From: Bacteroidota bacterium
GTDB lineage: Bacteria; Bacteroidota; Bacteroidia; UBA7662; JAYUJN01
Direction: 5' to 3'
NCBI GenBank assembly: GCA_043765195.1
Contig: JAYUJN010000001.1
Location: 134,171 to 198,170 of the forward strand
Length of the DNA stretch: 64,000 nt
Below the pieces are notes generated by a model. The model was given only the letters and a program-made list of their open reading frames with translations, did not search any database and had not been told where the DNA came from. Position 1 is the stretch's first letter. Every line of letters starts with the position of its first letter. Below are positions 1 through 7,322 of the stretch, in pieces. The translations under genes were made by a program, and so were the position numbers.

Positions 1-1
1 T

Positions 2-598
2 TTGAAGGGCAATTTGAACCCGAGTATTTGGCTGAATTATTTGTTTTTTGAAAAAAATTGTTGGTTGAATTTTAAGGATTTTTACGATTATTACTGGAAA
101 AACAACCAATTTGCCTTAGAAAAACAAGTACCAAACCTAAGCCCAGCGCAGCTAAAAAAAGGCTTGGAGGCTCGCCTGTACCGCACGCAGTTTGGTATGC
201 TTACGGAGTACCATGCTTTTTTTTTGTGTAGGGAGGTTTTTGGGCAAGAAAATGTGCTGCGCCACCCCGATTTGGACCGAATAGGCGTGGATTTTCAAAT
301 ATTTTTTGAGCAGAAATGCCACCACATTCATATCTTTGTGGATACCAAACGGGCGTGGCATTTTAGGCAAATAAAGGCGCAATATAAGAACAGCAACCAG
401 CTCACGGGCATACATATCAATGTGCCGTACAGCCTCGAGGCTAATCGTTTTAACTCGCTGCATTTTTTGCCCAATGGTTTTGGCATTTACCAAAAAAGCT
501 ATTTTGAGTACCTAAAAAACGAACTTTTAGCCCAAAAAATAACCAATGACAACATAATAGCCACTACACAAAACGGATTTATTTATAAAAATGACTGA
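2..598 (+). CDS. Hypothetical protein, possible type II restriction endonuclease partner of the downstream methyltransferase. The 5' end may lie outside the window.
   Basis: The ORF runs from the window edge, where the only start is TTG at 2. Its stop (596-598) overlaps the ATG of the methyltransferase (591) by 8 nt. The segment HPDLDRIGVDFQI could be a PD..(D/E)xQ/K-type nuclease core. I recognise no family. Confidence 0.5.
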   Translation: MKGNLNPSIWLNYLFFEKNCWLNFKDFYDYYWKNNQFALEKQVPNLSPAQLKKGLEARLYRTQFGMLTEYHAFFLCREVFGQENVLRHPDLDRIGVDFQIFFEQKCHHIHIFVDTKRAWHFRQIKAQYKNSNQLTGIHINVPYSLEANRFNSLHFLPNGFGIYQKSYFEYLKNELLAQKITNDNIIATTQNGFIYKND

Positions 599-1616
599 AA
601 ACCAGCACGCAGCCAGCGCCAAGCTATTTAATACCTCGTGCTATGGCTTGCCCCACTTAGCGCAGGGCAGCATAGATGCGCTACTGACCGACCCGCCCTA
701 CGGCATTTCGTACCAAAACAACTACTGGGACAAGGATTTGCCCGACAAACAAATATGGGCAGATGCGCTAAATGTGCTTAAACCTGGCGGTTTTGGGCTG
801 GTTTTTTCGGCGGTGCGCCTCATGCACCGCCTGATGGTGGACTTGGAGGACAGCGGTTTTTTGATAAAAGATGTGCTGATGTGGGGTTTTTTGAACGGAA
901 TGCCTAAGAGCCGCAATGTGGCTCTGGATATAGACAAAGTGCTGGGCGTGGAAAGTGCGGTGGTGGGTACGTACAACTACGTGCAAGGCTATAAAAAAGG
1001 CGGTGCGGAGCATTATTACAACCAAGCTCAAAAGTTAAAATTAGAACCGAAGTCGGAGCTGGGTATGCGCTATGCGGGCGCAGGTTTGGGTATAAAGCCC
1101 GCTTATGAACCCATTATTTTGGTGCAAAAACCCATAGAAAAAGGGCTAACCGTGGCAGAAAATGTGGTAAAATACGGCACGGGCGCACTAAACCTGGAGC
1201 AAACCCGAATGCCGTACCAAGCGGGCGAAGAGGGAAAGGTGGGGCATAATCCGCACCCTTTGGGTAGGGTAACCGCCAATATTTTGCGCACCGATGCGCA
1301 CGAGGACGGCTACGACAAGTTTTTTTTGGTACCCAAGGTGCGGCAGCACAAAGACGATTTTAACCTGCACCCAACCCTAAAACCCGTAGATTTGATGATG
1401 CACCTGACGAAGCTCATTAGTTTTTCGCCGCAGACGATACTCGACCCGTTTATGGGTAGTGGTAGCACGGGCGTGGCGGCTATGGAGCTGCAAAGAAATT
1501 TTGTGGGCTACGAAACAGAAAATGCTTACTACGAAATAGCAAAAAAACGCCTCGAAAACCAACAAAATCCTCCCTCCAAAAAAAACCAAAAAATAGATTT
1601 AACTTTACTTTTTTAG
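591..1616 (+). CDS. Site-specific DNA methyltransferase, beta-class amino-MTase (N6-adenine/N4-cytosine)
   Basis: The catalytic motif TDPPYG is near the N-terminus. HPTLKP and the AdoMet motif DPFMGSGSTG are near the C-terminus, which is the beta-class circular permutation. Confidence 0.9.
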   Translation: MTENQHAASAKLFNTSCYGLPHLAQGSIDALLTDPPYGISYQNNYWDKDLPDKQIWADALNVLKPGGFGLVFSAVRLMHRLMVDLEDSGFLIKDVLMWGFLNGMPKSRNVALDIDKVLGVESAVVGTYNYVQGYKKGGAEHYYNQAQKLKLEPKSELGMRYAGAGLGIKPAYEPIILVQKPIEKGLTVAENVVKYGTGALNLEQTRMPYQAGEEGKVGHNPHPLGRVTANILRTDAHEDGYDKFFLVPKVRQHKDDFNLHPTLKPVDLMMHLTKLISFSPQTILDPFMGSGSTGVAAMELQRNFVGYETENAYYEIAKKRLENQQNPPSKKNQKIDLTLLF

Positions 1617-1626
1617 TGATTATAAA

Positions 1627-2235
1627 ATGATTTTAGATTTTAAAGAAACCTATATTTTAGAAGATGATTTTGTGCTGCTGCGCCCGCTGGCGGAGGCAGA
1701 TTTTGAACATTTGCTGTACTATGCGGTGCATGAATCCGACATTTGGCAGTACAATACTGGTGCGCCCAACAGTGCCGAAAACCTGAAAAAATACATTGAA
1801 AATGCGATAGCAAACCGAAGTTTGAAGAAAGAATATGCGTTTGTTGTGTTTGACAAAAGAGCGAACAAATACATTGGTAGCACACGGTTTTACGATGTTT
1901 TTTTGGAGGCAAAATGCCTGGAAATTGGTTATACTTGGTACGGAAAATCGTTTCAGGGAACGGGCATAAATAAAAATTGTAAATACCTGTTGCTCAGTTT
2001 TGCGTTTGAGCAACTGGGCATGGAGCGTGTGGGATTTAGGGCAAATAATAAGAATACAAGGAGCAAAAATGCGATGAAAAGCATCGGTTGTGTGGAGGAG
2101 GGCGTGCTGCGGAGTTTTAACACAGACCCGCAAGGCGGTAGGTTAGATGCCGTGGTGTTGAGCATTTTGAAAAACGAGTGGGCTGAAAGTGTAAAAGAAA
2201 ACTTAAAAGCAAAAACGCTTCAATTAATTGGTTAA
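1627..2235 (+). CDS. GNAT family N-acetyltransferase (RimJ/RimL-like)
   Basis: About 200 aa with LRPL..ADFE at the N-terminus and a GNAT-like core (IGYTWYGKSFQGTGINKNCKYLLLSFAFEQLGMERV). Confidence 0.8.
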   Translation: MILDFKETYILEDDFVLLRPLAEADFEHLLYYAVHESDIWQYNTGAPNSAENLKKYIENAIANRSLKKEYAFVVFDKRANKYIGSTRFYDVFLEAKCLEIGYTWYGKSFQGTGINKNCKYLLLSFAFEQLGMERVGFRANNKNTRSKNAMKSIGCVEEGVLRSFNTDPQGGRLDAVVLSILKNEWAESVKENLKAKTLQLIG

Positions 2236-2289
2236 AAGGTAGTTAAATATATTTTTATACGTAATAAATTTCAATTAAAAAATAAAATC

Positions 2290-3009
2290 ATGGAAAATTT
2301 TGTGTTACACAAATCGGAAACTCGTGGGCGGGCTGACCACGGTTGGTTGAAGAGCTACCACAGTTTTAGCTTTGCAAACTACCACAACCCCGAAAAAATG
2401 CACTTTGGGGTGCTGCGTGTGCTAAACGACGATGTGGTGGCTGGGAGCATGGGTTTTGGTACGCATCCCCACGACAATATGGAGATTATTACGATTGCGT
2501 TGCAGGGTGATTTGGCGCACAAAGACAGTATGGGCAACGCCACGGTGATTCACGAGGGCGATGTGCAGGTGATGAGCGCAGGCACGGGCATACAGCACAG
2601 CGAATACAATAATAACAAGGATAGAGCGGTGGAATTGTTGCAGATTTGGCTTTTTCCCAACAAAAGAAATGTAACGCCACGCTACGACCAAATTTCGCTC
2701 GATGCCAGCCATAGGCACAATAAATTGCAGCAAATACTCTCGCCAAACGAAGGCGATGAGGGCGTGTGGATACACCAAGATGCGTGGTTTCACTTGGGCA
2801 AGTTTGAGGCGGATTTTGCGGTGGATTACCAACTGAAAAACCCCAAAAATGGCGTGTATGTGTTTGTGGTGCAAGGTAGTTTTTTGGTAGAAAACCAAGC
2901 GCTGGCGCACAGAGACGGTTGCGGTTTTTGGAGCGGAGACAGGCTGGCGATGCAAGCCACCTCGAGCGATGCAGAAATACTGGTGATGGAGCTGCCGATG
3001 GAAATTTAG
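2290..3009 (+). CDS. Pirin family protein
   Basis: RGRADHGWLKSYHSFSFANYHNP and HPHDNMEIITIALQG are the typical pirin cupin metal-site motifs. Confidence 0.9.
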   Translation: MENFVLHKSETRGRADHGWLKSYHSFSFANYHNPEKMHFGVLRVLNDDVVAGSMGFGTHPHDNMEIITIALQGDLAHKDSMGNATVIHEGDVQVMSAGTGIQHSEYNNNKDRAVELLQIWLFPNKRNVTPRYDQISLDASHRHNKLQQILSPNEGDEGVWIHQDAWFHLGKFEADFAVDYQLKNPKNGVYVFVVQGSFLVENQALAHRDGCGFWSGDRLAMQATSSDAEILVMELPMEI

Positions 3010-3123
3010 GAGTAAATGCCCGAAAGTAGTAAAAAAACCCGCTTTAAATTGGTGAAAATAACTGACGAAAAAGACCAATTTGAGAAATATATTTGCGGTT
3101 AATTAAATTTTAGATACAATACC

Positions 3124-4659
3124 ATGTTTGAACAAACTTTTAAAAACATAGACGACATTCTTTTTAAAGATGCTGGAGCAGATAGCGAGCTGGATTATAT
3201 AGGGCAAACTTCTTGGGTTATGTTTTTGCGTTATTTGCACGATTTGGAGCAAGACAAAGCCGATGAGGCTGGCTTGATGGGCAAAGGCTACAAACACATT
3301 ATAGATGAAGAATACCGATGGACAAACTGGGCAATGCCCAAAAATGCAGATGGCAAGCTGGATATTCACAAAGCCACAACGGGTATAGATTTGGTGGAAT
3401 TTGTGGATACAAAGCTATTTCCGTATTTGGCGGGGTTTAAACTAAAAACCGACAATCCGCAGACGATTGAGTACAAAATTGGTGAAATTTTTAGCGAACT
3501 AAAAAATAAAATACAAAGCGGATACAGCCTCAGAGACATTATAGAGCTGGCTGACGGCTTGCCTTTTCGCAGTAGCAAAGATAAACACGAACTGAGCCAC
3601 CTGTACGAAACCAAAATAAAAAACATGGGCAATGCAGGGCGAAACGGTGGGCAATACTACACGCCCCGCCCGCTTATACGTGCCATGATAGAAGTAATAC
3701 AGCCCAAAATTGGCGAAAAAATATACGACGGCGCTTGTGGTAGCGGCGGCTTTTTGTGCGAGGCTTTTGACTATTTGACCAAAGACAGACAAGCACTAAG
3801 CACCACCGATTTGCAAACGTTACAAACCAACACTTTTTATGGAAAAGAAAAAAAGAACCTGGCGTATGTAATAGGCATTATGAACATGATACTGCACGGC
3901 ATAGAAGCCCCCAATATTATACACACCAACACCCTTGGCGAAAACATTAGGGACATACAAGAAAAAGACCGCTACCATGTAATATTGGCTAATCCTCCTT
4001 TTGGTGGAAAAGAAAGACCCGAGGTGCAGCAAAATTTTGACATAAAAACAGGCGAAACAGCTTCGCTTTTTTTGCAACATTTTATAAAAAGCCTAAAAAC
4101 TGGCGGACGTACAGCCATTGTGATTAAAAATACTTTTTTGAGCAATAGCGACAATGCCAGCGTAAGCCTGCGCAAGCATTTGCTCGAAACCTGCAACCTA
4201 CACACCGTGCTGGATATGCCAGCAGGCACATTTACGGGTGCGGGCGTAAAAACGGTGGTGCTGTTTTTTACCAAGGGCGAGCCTACCACCAATATATGGT
4301 ATTATCAAATGAATGCTGGGCGTAGCATGGGCAAAACCTCACCCCTGAACGACGACGATATGGCAGAGTTTGTAGCCCTATCCAAGGAAAGGGCTGCCCT
4401 TGCGGCTGCCCCTACGGCTGCCCCTACGGCTGCCCCTACGGCTGCCCCTACGGCAGCCCCTGCGGCTGCCCCCAATACCGATAAAAGCTGGAGCGTAGCT
4501 ATCGCCGACGTGCCAACCCACAACTACGACCTAACCGTAAAAAACCCCAACCAAAAACAAGAGCAGGTGTACCGAAAGATGGAAGATATACTGGCAGAAA
4601 TGCAAATGCTGGACGAAGAAACCAACGAAATTTTGTGGGCTATAAAACAAAAGAGATAA
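3124..4659 (+). CDS. hsdM: Type I restriction-modification system methyltransferase subunit HsdM
   Basis: HsdM_N-like N-terminus. YYTPRPL, motif I DGACGSGGFL and motif IV NPPFGG are present. It is followed by specificity and restriction subunits. Confidence 0.95.
   Translation: MFEQTFKNIDDILFKDAGADSELDYIGQTSWVMFLRYLHDLEQDKADEAGLMGKGYKHIIDEEYRWTNWAMPKNADGKLDIHKATTGIDLVEFVDTKLFPYLAGFKLKTDNPQTIEYKIGEIFSELKNKIQSGYSLRDIIELADGLPFRSSKDKHELSHLYETKIKNMGNAGRNGGQYYTPRPLIRAMIEVIQPKIGEKIYDGACGSGGFLCEAFDYLTKDRQALSTTDLQTLQTNTFYGKEKKNLAYVIGIMNMILHGIEAPNIIHTNTLGENIRDIQEKDRYHVILANPPFGGKERPEVQQNFDIKTGETASLFLQHFIKSLKTGGRTAIVIKNTFLSNSDNASVSLRKHLLETCNLHTVLDMPAGTFTGAGVKTVVLFFTKGEPTTNIWYYQMNAGRSMGKTSPLNDDDMAEFVALSKERAALAAAPTAAPTAAPTAAPTAAPAAAPNTDKSWSVAIADVPTHNYDLTVKNPNQKQEQVYRKMEDILAEMQMLDEETNEILWAIKQKR
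4393..4473. repeat. 12-bp in-frame tandem repeat (gctgcccctacg-like, about 6.5 units) inside hsdM, encoding (AAPT)n
   Basis: Direct reading shows gctgcccttgcg, then gctgcccctacg x4, then gcagcccctgcg, then gctgccccc. It translates to ALAAAPTAAPTAAPTAAPTAAPAAAP. Confidence 0.9.
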
Positions 4660-5438
4660 TGCAAAAACTGCAATTGATAAAAACCGACCTTTTGCCCCAA
4701 TATTTGGAACAACTAACGGGTTTAGAAACCAAGTTTGAAGCCCTGCACGATGCTGAAATAAGCACCGATACCTTTAGTTTTTATACCTCGGTATCTGCTA
4801 TGGCAAGTAGTAAAATAGAGGGCGAATCGCTAGAAATAGACAGCTTTGTAAAGTACAAAATGCTAAATATAGATTACAAAAAAGAAATGGTAGAAAAGCC
4901 AAACGACCTTTATAATGCTTATTTGTATGCTCAAAAAAACGAATTAAGCGAAAAATATTTTTTAAATGCACATAAAATTATTGCTACTCATTTATTAGCC
5001 AAAAACAAACAAGGCAAATACCGTAAAGTAAATATGCTGGTAATGGAGCATAAAACATTTAGGGTACAATATGAAGCAGCACTGTTCGAAGAAGTAAATG
5101 GATTAATGAAAAAACTTTGGCAAGATATTACCACACTAATTAAAGCAAACTTAACCCATGAAGAAGTATTTTATTACGCCTCATTTATACACATTGCTTT
5201 TGTAAATATACACCCCTTTGAAGATGGTAATGGCAGAAGTGGCAGGCTGATAGAAAAATGGTTTATTGCCCAAAAACTGGGCGAAAAAGCTTGGTACCTA
5301 CAAAGCGAATTAAACTATTATAGAAACATAAACGACTATTACAAAAACCTAAACCGATTAGGAATTTTTTATGAACAACTCGACTACACCCAAGCCCTGC
5401 CTTTTTTATTAATGCTACCAAAAACATTTGAACTATGA
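4659..5438 (+). CDS. Fic/DOC family protein (probable AMP-transferase) with an N-terminal inhibitory-helix motif
   Basis: The canonical Fic motif HPFEDGNGRSGR is present. SSKIEG matches the (S/T)xxxE(G/N) autoinhibition motif. The ATG at 4659 overlaps the hsdM stop (TAATG), and the stop overlaps the hsdS ATG (ATGA). The track ORF begins at a GTG at 4635. Confidence 0.9.
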   Translation: MQKLQLIKTDLLPQYLEQLTGLETKFEALHDAEISTDTFSFYTSVSAMASSKIEGESLEIDSFVKYKMLNIDYKKEMVEKPNDLYNAYLYAQKNELSEKYFLNAHKIIATHLLAKNKQGKYRKVNMLVMEHKTFRVQYEAALFEEVNGLMKKLWQDITTLIKANLTHEEVFYYASFIHIAFVNIHPFEDGNGRSGRLIEKWFIAQKLGEKAWYLQSELNYYRNINDYYKNLNRLGIFYEQLDYTQALPFLLMLPKTFEL

Positions 5439-6586
5439 AACAAGATTGGCAAATAAAAAAATTGGGGGAGGTGTGCGATAAGGCTTCTTCTAATGTTTCT
5501 CAAAATAAATTAGAAAATGACAATGGTGAGTATCCAATTTATGGTGCAAGTGGGTTTATAAAAAAGGTTAGTTTTTATCATCAACCAAAACCTTACTTAT
5601 CTATTGTAAAAGATGGCTCGGGTGTGGGTAGAATTACAAAAATGGACGCTTTTACTTCTGTAATCGGTACACTTCAATATATTTTACCAAAAGAAGGAAT
5701 TGATTTAGATTATTTGAATTACTCCTTGATGTCTGTTGATTTTAAAAAGTATGTAGCAGGTGCTGCCATTCCACACATTTATTTTAAAGATTATCAAAAC
5801 GAACCTTTTTTGTGGGTTCCCCTCGCCGAGCAGCAGCGCATCGTAGCGTATTTAAACGATACCTTTGGCAAGCTAAACCAAGCCAAAGCCAATATTGCCC
5901 AAAACCTACACAATGCCAAGCAGCTTTTTGAAAGTGAACTCAATAGAATTTTTACCGAAAAAGGCGATGGCTGGCAAGAGAAAAAGCTGGGGGGAATTTG
6001 TGAAACGGGTGCAGGAGGCACACCATTGAAACAACATAAAAGCTATTATGAAAATGGCAATATACCGTGGCTAAGAAGTGGGGAAGTTTGTGAAAAAGAA
6101 ATTCATAAATCAGAATTAAAAATAACTGAATTGGGTTTAAAAAACTCTTCTGCAAAAATGTTTCCAATAAATACTGTTTTAATAGCAATGTATGGTGCAA
6201 CCGCAGCACAAGTAGGAATTTTAAAATTTGAAGCCTGTACGAACCAAGCAGTTTGTGGAATTTTACCAAATAAAAATTCAATTCCAGAATATATTTATTA
6301 CTGTTTTTTATCAAAAAAAGAAGAATTAATAAGCAAAGCCGTTGGCAATGCGCAGCCTAATATTTCGCAAGAAAAAATTAGAAATACTTCAATTCCGATT
6401 CCACCTCTTGCGACCCAAGAAGCCATAGTTTTGGAGTTAGATGCGCTATCTGCCCACACGAAACAATTAGAAAAAGTGTACCAACAAAAATTAAATAACA
6501 TAGAAGAATTAAAAAAGCGTATATTAGCAGATGTTTTTTCAGTCGGGGCAAGTGTGGGGGCAACCCTTGCGGTTGCCCAAAAATGA
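5435..6586 (+). CDS. hsdS: Type I restriction-modification system specificity subunit HsdS (two target-recognition domains)
   Basis: There are two TRD halves, each followed by a conserved coiled-coil spacer (LAEQQRIVAYLNDTFGKLNQAK... and LATQEAIVLELDALSAHTKQLEK...). The last 14 codons and the stop lie in repeat sequence. Confidence 0.9.
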   Translation: MKQDWQIKKLGEVCDKASSNVSQNKLENDNGEYPIYGASGFIKKVSFYHQPKPYLSIVKDGSGVGRITKMDAFTSVIGTLQYILPKEGIDLDYLNYSLMSVDFKKYVAGAAIPHIYFKDYQNEPFLWVPLAEQQRIVAYLNDTFGKLNQAKANIAQNLHNAKQLFESELNRIFTEKGDGWQEKKLGGICETGAGGTPLKQHKSYYENGNIPWLRSGEVCEKEIHKSELKITELGLKNSSAKMFPINTVLIAMYGATAAQVGILKFEACTNQAVCGILPNKNSIPEYIYYCFLSKKEELISKAVGNAQPNISQEKIRNTSIPIPPLATQEAIVLELDALSAHTKQLEKVYQQKLNNIEELKKRILADVFSVGASVGATLAVAQK

Positions 6587-6790
6587 TAAAGGGGCAACCA
6601 AAGATAAGGGCAACCAAAGATAAGGGCAACCGCAAGGGTTGCCCCCACAGATATACCCAAATGATGAAGATAAGGGCAACCCTTGCGGTTGCCCAAAATG
6701 ATAAAGGGGCAACCGCAAGGGTTGCCCCCACAGATATACCCAAATGATGAAGATAAGGGCAACCCTTGCGGTTGCCCAAAATGATAAATA
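6542..6790. repeat. REP/REPIN-like array: five copies of a 21-nt hairpin (GGGCAACC-CTTGC/GCAAG-GGTTGCCC) in alternating orientation, including an 83-bp unit duplicated in tandem
   Basis: The hairpins lie at 6558-6578, 6624-6644, 6674-6694, 6707-6727 and 6757-6777. Units 6624-6706 and 6707-6789 are identical at 82/83 positions. Two half-sites (gggcaaccaaagataa) lie at 6592-6623. The array sits directly upstream of a RAYT-like gene. Confidence 0.9.
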
Positions 6791-6800
6791 AAATATTAAA

Positions 6801-7322
6801 ATGGCATATAACCCAGCAATTCATCACCGCAGGTCTATCCGACTAAAAGGCTACGACTACTCTCAGGCAGGGCTGTATTTTATAACCATTTGCTGTGAGT
6901 ATAGAACGCACCGTTTTGGAAAAATTGAAAATAGTGAAATGAAATTAAATGAATTTGGAAACATTGCATACAATCAATGGATAAAATTGGCGGAGCGGTT
7001 TGCAAATTTTGAATTAGATGTATTTCAAATAATGCCCGACCATATTCACTGTATAATACTGTTGAATAAAGGTGAAGGTGCAACCGTCGGGGCAACCCCC
7101 ACACTTGCCCCGACGATGGGCGACATTGTAGGGGCATATAAATCGTTGGTATTTAATGAATGTTTGAAAACTTGCAAACTAAAAAACGAAATAATGGGCA
7201 AGCTGTGGCAACGCAATTATTACGAAATTATAATTAGAGATGAACGAGCCTACCAAAACATTGCGAACTACATCATTAATAATCCTGCAAAATGGACGAA
7301 AGGCAAATTTAGCAACCAATGA
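6801..7322 (+). CDS. REP-associated tyrosine transposase (RAYT), IS200/IS605-like Y1 HUH transposase family
   Basis: The N-terminus HHRRSIRLKGYDYSQAGLYFITIC, the HUH motif PDHIHCII and the Tyr motif WQRNYYEIIIRDE match my recollection of the RAYT/Y1_Tnp family. The gene is immediately preceded by the palindromic repeat array. Confidence 0.85.
   Translation: MAYNPAIHHRRSIRLKGYDYSQAGLYFITICCEYRTHRFGKIENSEMKLNEFGNIAYNQWIKLAERFANFELDVFQIMPDHIHCIILLNKGEGATVGATPTLAPTMGDIVGAYKSLVFNECLKTCKLKNEIMGKLWQRNYYEIIIRDERAYQNIANYIINNPAKWTKGKFSNQ
7085..7115. repeat. Perfect 11-bp-stem hairpin inside the RAYT coding sequence
   Basis: CGTCGGGGCAA (7085-7095), loop CCCCCACAC, TTGCCCCGACG (7105-7115). Positions 7096-7114 are the exact reverse complement of 6542-6560 at the hsdS 3' end. 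Confidence 0.9.

Noticed and set aside
4393-4473. The hsdM tandem repeat as an ON/OFF phase-variable simple-sequence tract
   Set aside because: The unit length is 12 bp, so copy-number change keeps the reading frame. It can only vary linker length.
6542-6790. Possibility that the repeat array is a small CRISPR array
   Set aside because: The intervening segments are themselves repeated, because the 83-bp unit is duplicated. The repeats alternate in orientation and are only 21 nt long. There are no cas genes in the window. A RAYT gene is adjacent, which fits REP/REPIN instead.
6298-6827. Two long minus-strand ORFs (6298-6762 and 6378-6827) with repetitive peptides such as GCPYLHHLGISVGATLAVA
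   Set aside because: They are read-through of the hairpin/83-bp repeat array and overlap the hsdS 3' end. The repetitive protein sequence simply mirrors the DNA repeats.
6542-7114. 19-nt inverted repeats (6542-6560 / 7096-7114) as an invertible phase-variation switch for hsdS
   Set aside because: Inversion would disrupt both hsdS and RAYT. There is no alternative hsdS half-cassette and no invertase. I kept only the sequence relationship, as part of a finding.
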